A stretch of 63,406 nt of DNA from a virus. Taxonomy: Duplodnaviria; Caudoviricetes. A program made the position numbers and the translations under genes. The notes under the pieces were generated by a model. That model ran no database searches and was not told where the DNA came from. It saw only the letters and a list, made by a program, of their open reading frames with translations. The stretch spans positions 1 to 63,406 of the IMG/VR virus record IMGVR_UViG_3300027777_001479, one strand, 5' to 3'. Below, piece by piece: positions 60,037 to 63,406 of this stretch. Positions within the stretch are counted from its first letter, which is position 1, and every line of letters starts with the position of its first letter.

Positions 60037-60765
60037 TTATTTATTCAAATAATCGGACAATCTATTCATTAAGTCAAGCGATTTTGATCCTGTTTCACCA
60101 ATTTGTCTTTCGGCGTTAATTCTTTTTTCTTCGTCAAGATTTTCTTCAAAGTTTAATCTTTCTTTTGGGTCACTAAAAAGATATGCTCCTGGCGTTGATG
60201 GTGAAGATACTAAGTCAAAACAGATTAATTCAAAATCATCTTGAACCTCATTTTGTTCTCCAACCTTTTTAAGTGATCCCACACCACGAGAAGATATACC
60301 CAACGTTACACCTTGTCTTAAATAGTTTGCTGCCAAATCACCTTTGGTTGATACAATACCTCTTTCGTGAAAACCTGGACTTGTTAATAATTTTAACTTA
60401 CCTAAAAGAACTGGACCTTCCCACCATATTTCGGTAATAAGATGAGAAACTCTATCAAGGTCGATTAAAGATGATTCAGGGTGATTCAACTCAGAAAGAG
60501 AAGTTCCTTTATCAATTATTTTTTTATAATTCTCAGATTCTCTTTTAAGAATTTTTTCGGGATATATTCTTCCGTTTCTATTTGGGGTGTTATATTTTTG
60601 AAGAACCGCATAAAACTCAAATGGTTTTGAATGATCCAACATATTTTTACTTTCTCTAATCATTTGAAGATTTCTTCTTTCGTTTGGATCGATATATCCA
60701 GCGTCATATTCAACAAGAATTCCTTTTCCTGATTCTCTTGGTCCTAAAATTTTATAATTTTCCAT
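60037..60765 (-). CDS. gp21: Prohead protease (T4 gp21-like)
   Basis: NRNGRIYP..IL.RE, ELNHP, VSHLI, LGISSRGVGSL, DFELICFDLVSSPSTPGAY. Confidence 0.92.
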   Translation of the reverse strand: MENYKILGPRESGKGILVEYDAGYIDPNERRNLQMIRESKNMLDHSKPFEFYAVLQKYNTPNRNGRIYPEKILKRESENYKKIIDKGTSLSELNHPESSLIDLDRVSHLITEIWWEGPVLLGKLKLLTSPGFHERGIVSTKGDLAANYLRQGVTLGISSRGVGSLKKVGEQNEVQDDFELICFDLVSSPSTPGAYLFSDPKERLNFEENLDEEKRINAERQIGETGSKSLDLMNRLSDYLNK

Positions 60766-60787
60766 TAAGTATTTTTATATATAAATA

Positions 60788-61255
60788 TTAAATAGTTTCA
60801 ATTTCTTTTTTTATTGGTTTTTGATTACCATTTTTTGTTAGATAACATTTGAAATATTTGTTTTTTGCCAACACATCACCATATACATTTTTGATTAAAC
60901 TTTTTACATATTTTTTTAATTTTGGTGATTTGAAATCCATAGATTCTAATAAAAATAGATTAATTTCTAAATTCATAAAAGATTTCTTTTTTGGTTGAAG
61001 TCCGCTTGTTCTAAGATCTAGATCAACTATAAATTTTGTGTCGAATACTTCTTTGTTTATTTTATCTAAAACTGTGTGTTTGACTGATCTTGACATATTT
61101 AACACAACTCGATTCCAATTTTCTACCTCGTCTTTTGGTTCAACCCATGTTTGTATGTTTATAAAAATCGATTTTAGATTTTGAGAGTCTATTGTCCCAT
61201 AATTAGATTTAAATGTTCGGTAACCAGTTAATTTGGTAGTTTTTCCTTTTTTCAT
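60788..61255 (-). CDS. Hypothetical protein
   Basis: 155-aa basic ORF in the head module. Confidence 0.6.
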   Translation of the reverse strand: MKKGKTTKLTGYRTFKSNYGTIDSQNLKSIFINIQTWVEPKDEVENWNRVVLNMSRSVKHTVLDKINKEVFDTKFIVDLDLRTSGLQPKKKSFMNLEINLFLLESMDFKSPKLKKYVKSLIKNVYGDVLAKNKYFKCYLTKNGNQKPIKKEIETI

Positions 61256-61336
61256 ATATTTTTTCCATATGCTAATTGTTTATTTTGTTATAATTGTAAT
61301 CAATTATTATATTTATATCAAACAAGAAAAAAAATT

Positions 61337-61525
61337 ATGTTAATTGTTGAAGTTAAAAATGGGAACATCGAAAAATCTTTAAAAAATTTAAAGGGAAAAA
61401 TAATTCGTACCAAACAAAATGCTATTTTATTTGACAGAAAAGAATTTGTTAAACCATCGGTTAAAATACGGGAAGGTAAAAAGAAAGCGGTCTATATTCA
61501 GAAATTAAAATCTAATAAAGATTAA
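61337..61525 (+). CDS. rpsU: Ribosomal protein bS21
   Basis: MLIVEVKNGNIEKSLK.LK.K........L.DRKEFVKPSVK.R....KAVY. Confidence 0.85.
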   Translation: MLIVEVKNGNIEKSLKNLKGKIIRTKQNAILFDRKEFVKPSVKIREGKKKAVYIQKLKSNKD

Positions 61526-62238
61526 AGACTTTCGTTAAGTTGTTTTAACTTGTAAAAATTTAATTCTGTAAAAGATTCTGTTTGAATTTTTTCTAAAACT
61601 TGATTAATAGTTTTGATTGTATCAGAATCTTTTTCATTATCTTTTTGATTTGTTAATTTTTCAATTACTAAATCTTTAGTTTCATTATAATTCTCAACCA
61701 AAGTGTCTTTTGGGGTGTTCAAAATCTTTTTTAATTCTTTTCTTTCAGATTCACTCAAAGTAGAAATAAAGTTTGATATTGTTTTATTAGCAACAGACAC
61801 CATAGACTTCAAGGGAACTTTAATAATATCTTTTTTTTCTATTTCAGGTTTTTTTAAACTTTCTAAAATTATTTTTTTACTTTTGATTTTGTTTTCTAAA
61901 GTTAGAACACTTGTGGAAAATAAATTATCAATTTTTTCATAATTGTTTTCACATTTTTGATGACCAACCCACGCATTTAATTCTCTTAAGTGTAGTGGGT
62001 TAACTTTGTTGATCAAATTTTCATACGCAACAATTGATTCATTTATAAATTCATATGCAACGTTTTCTGAAAGTCCTTTTTTATTTGACAACTGATCATA
62101 TAAGAAAAAAAGTTTTGAGATGTTTTTATTTTTCAAAACCAATTCTTCGAAAATAAAAATATTTTCTTTGAATGAATTTTTTTTATATGACTCAACAAGT
62201 TGATTTTCTATTTTTGATTTTAATTCTCCGACTTTCAT
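61522..62238 (-). CDS. Hypothetical head-module protein
   Basis: Helical ORF; late motif upstream. Confidence 0.6.
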   Translation of the reverse strand: MKVGELKSKIENQLVESYKKNSFKENIFIFEELVLKNKNISKLFFLYDQLSNKKGLSENVAYEFINESIVAYENLINKVNPLHLRELNAWVGHQKCENNYEKIDNLFSTSVLTLENKIKSKKIILESLKKPEIEKKDIIKVPLKSMVSVANKTISNFISTLSESERKELKKILNTPKDTLVENYNETKDLVIEKLTNQKDNEKDSDTIKTINQVLEKIQTESFTELNFYKLKQLNESL

Positions 62239-62260
62239 TTTTTTGTTTTTATAATAAATA

Positions 62261-62716
62261 TCAAGTTAATTTATTTATTTCATCAATATCGGTATCTGTT
62301 GTTTCTTCATCATACTCTTCTCTATCAATCATTTCACCTTCCCACCAATCATCACCAAACCAAGAAATAAAATCATTAACATCATCTTCGTCTTCAAAAT
62401 AACTATTAACTTCATTTTTCCAATATTCTCTAATACTAACGTTAGCATATCTTTTAGTTATTACTTCATATGTGTGAAGTTCTGGAATTTTTATTTTTTC
62501 AGTAGCAAAATTAGGGTTTAACTTGTATAATGCCAAAATAAATCCTAAATCATCTTGATCGATTGATATACCAATATCATCAAAAATATCTCTTATTATT
62601 TTTTGATTAGCATGCGAAATTAAATCTCCATTTCGACCAAATCGATCAATATCGTCATACATTCGTTTTAGAATGAATTTAAAATTTTTTTCTGGTAATT
62701 TTTCTAATTTACTCAT
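62261..62716 (-). CDS. Hypothetical protein
   Basis: 151-aa ORF with acidic C-terminus; late motif upstream. Confidence 0.55.
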   Translation of the reverse strand: MSKLEKLPEKNFKFILKRMYDDIDRFGRNGDLISHANQKIIRDIFDDIGISIDQDDLGFILALYKLNPNFATEKIKIPELHTYEVITKRYANVSIREYWKNEVNSYFEDEDDVNDFISWFGDDWWEGEMIDREEYDEETTDTDIDEINKLT

Positions 62717-62727
62717 ATCTATAAATA

Positions 62728-63406
62728 TTAGTCACCAAGAAGTTTTGACAACTGATCGTCTAAATCACCTAAAGAACTATTAACTTTTTGAAAATCTAAA
62801 AACTCATCCTCATCAAAATCATCTTCCATTGACTCTAAAATCAATTTATTTTTATCTTTTTTGAATGACTCAGGAATTGGTGGTCCTGCCTCACCACCTT
62901 CAGGTCCTGCAGGGGGAGGAGGAGCTCCACCACCCGCTTCACCGCCAGCAGGAGGTGCTCCGCCACCAGAAGGTGTTCCTCCTGTCACTGGTTGATAAAG
63001 TCTATCTACGGTACTGAAAATACCTGTTTTAGTAATGATTGTTGCCGTATTATCAAGTTCAGCAGAAACCGCTCTTTCCATTCTAATTTGCAACAATTCA
63101 TTTTTAATTTCATCATCAGAGAACCCAAAAATGTGTTTTTTGGCCCAAGTTGCTGATGTTGGTTGAATTGATTTAGCGATTTCACTAACCATATCTTTAT
63201 ACAATGTTACTTTTTCTTTCCAAACATCAATCATTAAAAGATCTGCTTGTTTTGAAGGGTTTGTAAGTTGTAATGTGAAATTTGATAATTCATCTTCAAA
63301 ACCCATTAAATATAAATGGATGATTGCAATTTTATTCATTTCAGAAATTGCAGATTTTTGAATTCTATTAATTGTTCTTGCAAAACGAATATCCAATAAT
63401 GATAAA
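62728..63406 (-). CDS. gp20: Portal protein (T4 gp20-like), C-terminal part
   Basis: DIRFARTINRIQK....E..KIAIIHL...GF; WAKKHIFGFSDDEI; position at the head of the capsid module. Confidence 0.8.
   Translation of the reverse strand, partial: LSLLDIRFARTINRIQKSAISEMNKIAIIHLYLMGFEDELSNFTLQLTNPSKQADLLMIDVWKEKVTLYKDMVSEIAKSIQPTSATWAKKHIFGFSDDEIKNELLQIRMERAVSAELDNTATIITKTGIFSTVDRLYQPVTGGTPSGGGAPPAGGEAGGGAPPPPAGPEGGEAGPPIPESFKKDKNKLILESMEDDFDEDEFLDFQKVNSSLGDLDDQLSKLLGD

Noticed and set aside
1-63406. tRNA, rRNA, integrase, reverse transcriptase/DGR, intron or intein
   Set aside because: None recognisable by eye; intergenic gaps are too short except the two discussed. A covariance-model scan was not possible

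Overview
AT-rich (roughly 28-30% GC by eye), gene-dense segment of a large T4-like (myovirus-type) tailed phage. The host is most plausibly a Bacteroidota species: the phage encodes ribosomal protein bS21 and a DUF4494-like gene, ribosome-binding regions are A-rich without Shine-Dalgarno motifs, and there is one TAnnTTTG promoter. The right end holds the head module: partial portal, prohead protease, scaffold, major capsid protein and bS21. 47.7-54 kb holds putative baseplate/virion genes including a gp5/VgrG-like spike. 26.6-47.7 kb is one long co-directional operon of about 25 genes, mostly glycan synthesis (GT2, GT4, GT10, GT11, NodZ-like, Gmd, DegT, acetyl- and methyltransferases) plus an exonuclease, dUTPase and PhoH, ending in a gp55-like sigma factor. 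0-23.7 kb alternates Ser/Thr/Pro-rich virion and fibre proteins with protein-modifying glycosyltransferases (GT60-like, HtrL-like, Aah/TibC-like heptosyltransferase, DUF2827). Highlights: (1) the first glycosyltransferase of the big operon has one in-frame TGA flanked by Gly codons (GGC-TGA-GGT) inside a GC-rich hairpin, a candidate programmed stop-hop or readthrough; (2) an apparent phage-encoded virion glycoprotein system with mucin-like substrates and a recurring [ST][GA]xT motif; (3) an oriented TATTTAT late-promoter motif before about 20 genes, with a candidate cognate sigma factor; (4) a structured ~200-nt leader on a fibre gene. All family assignments come from motif recognition, not database searches.
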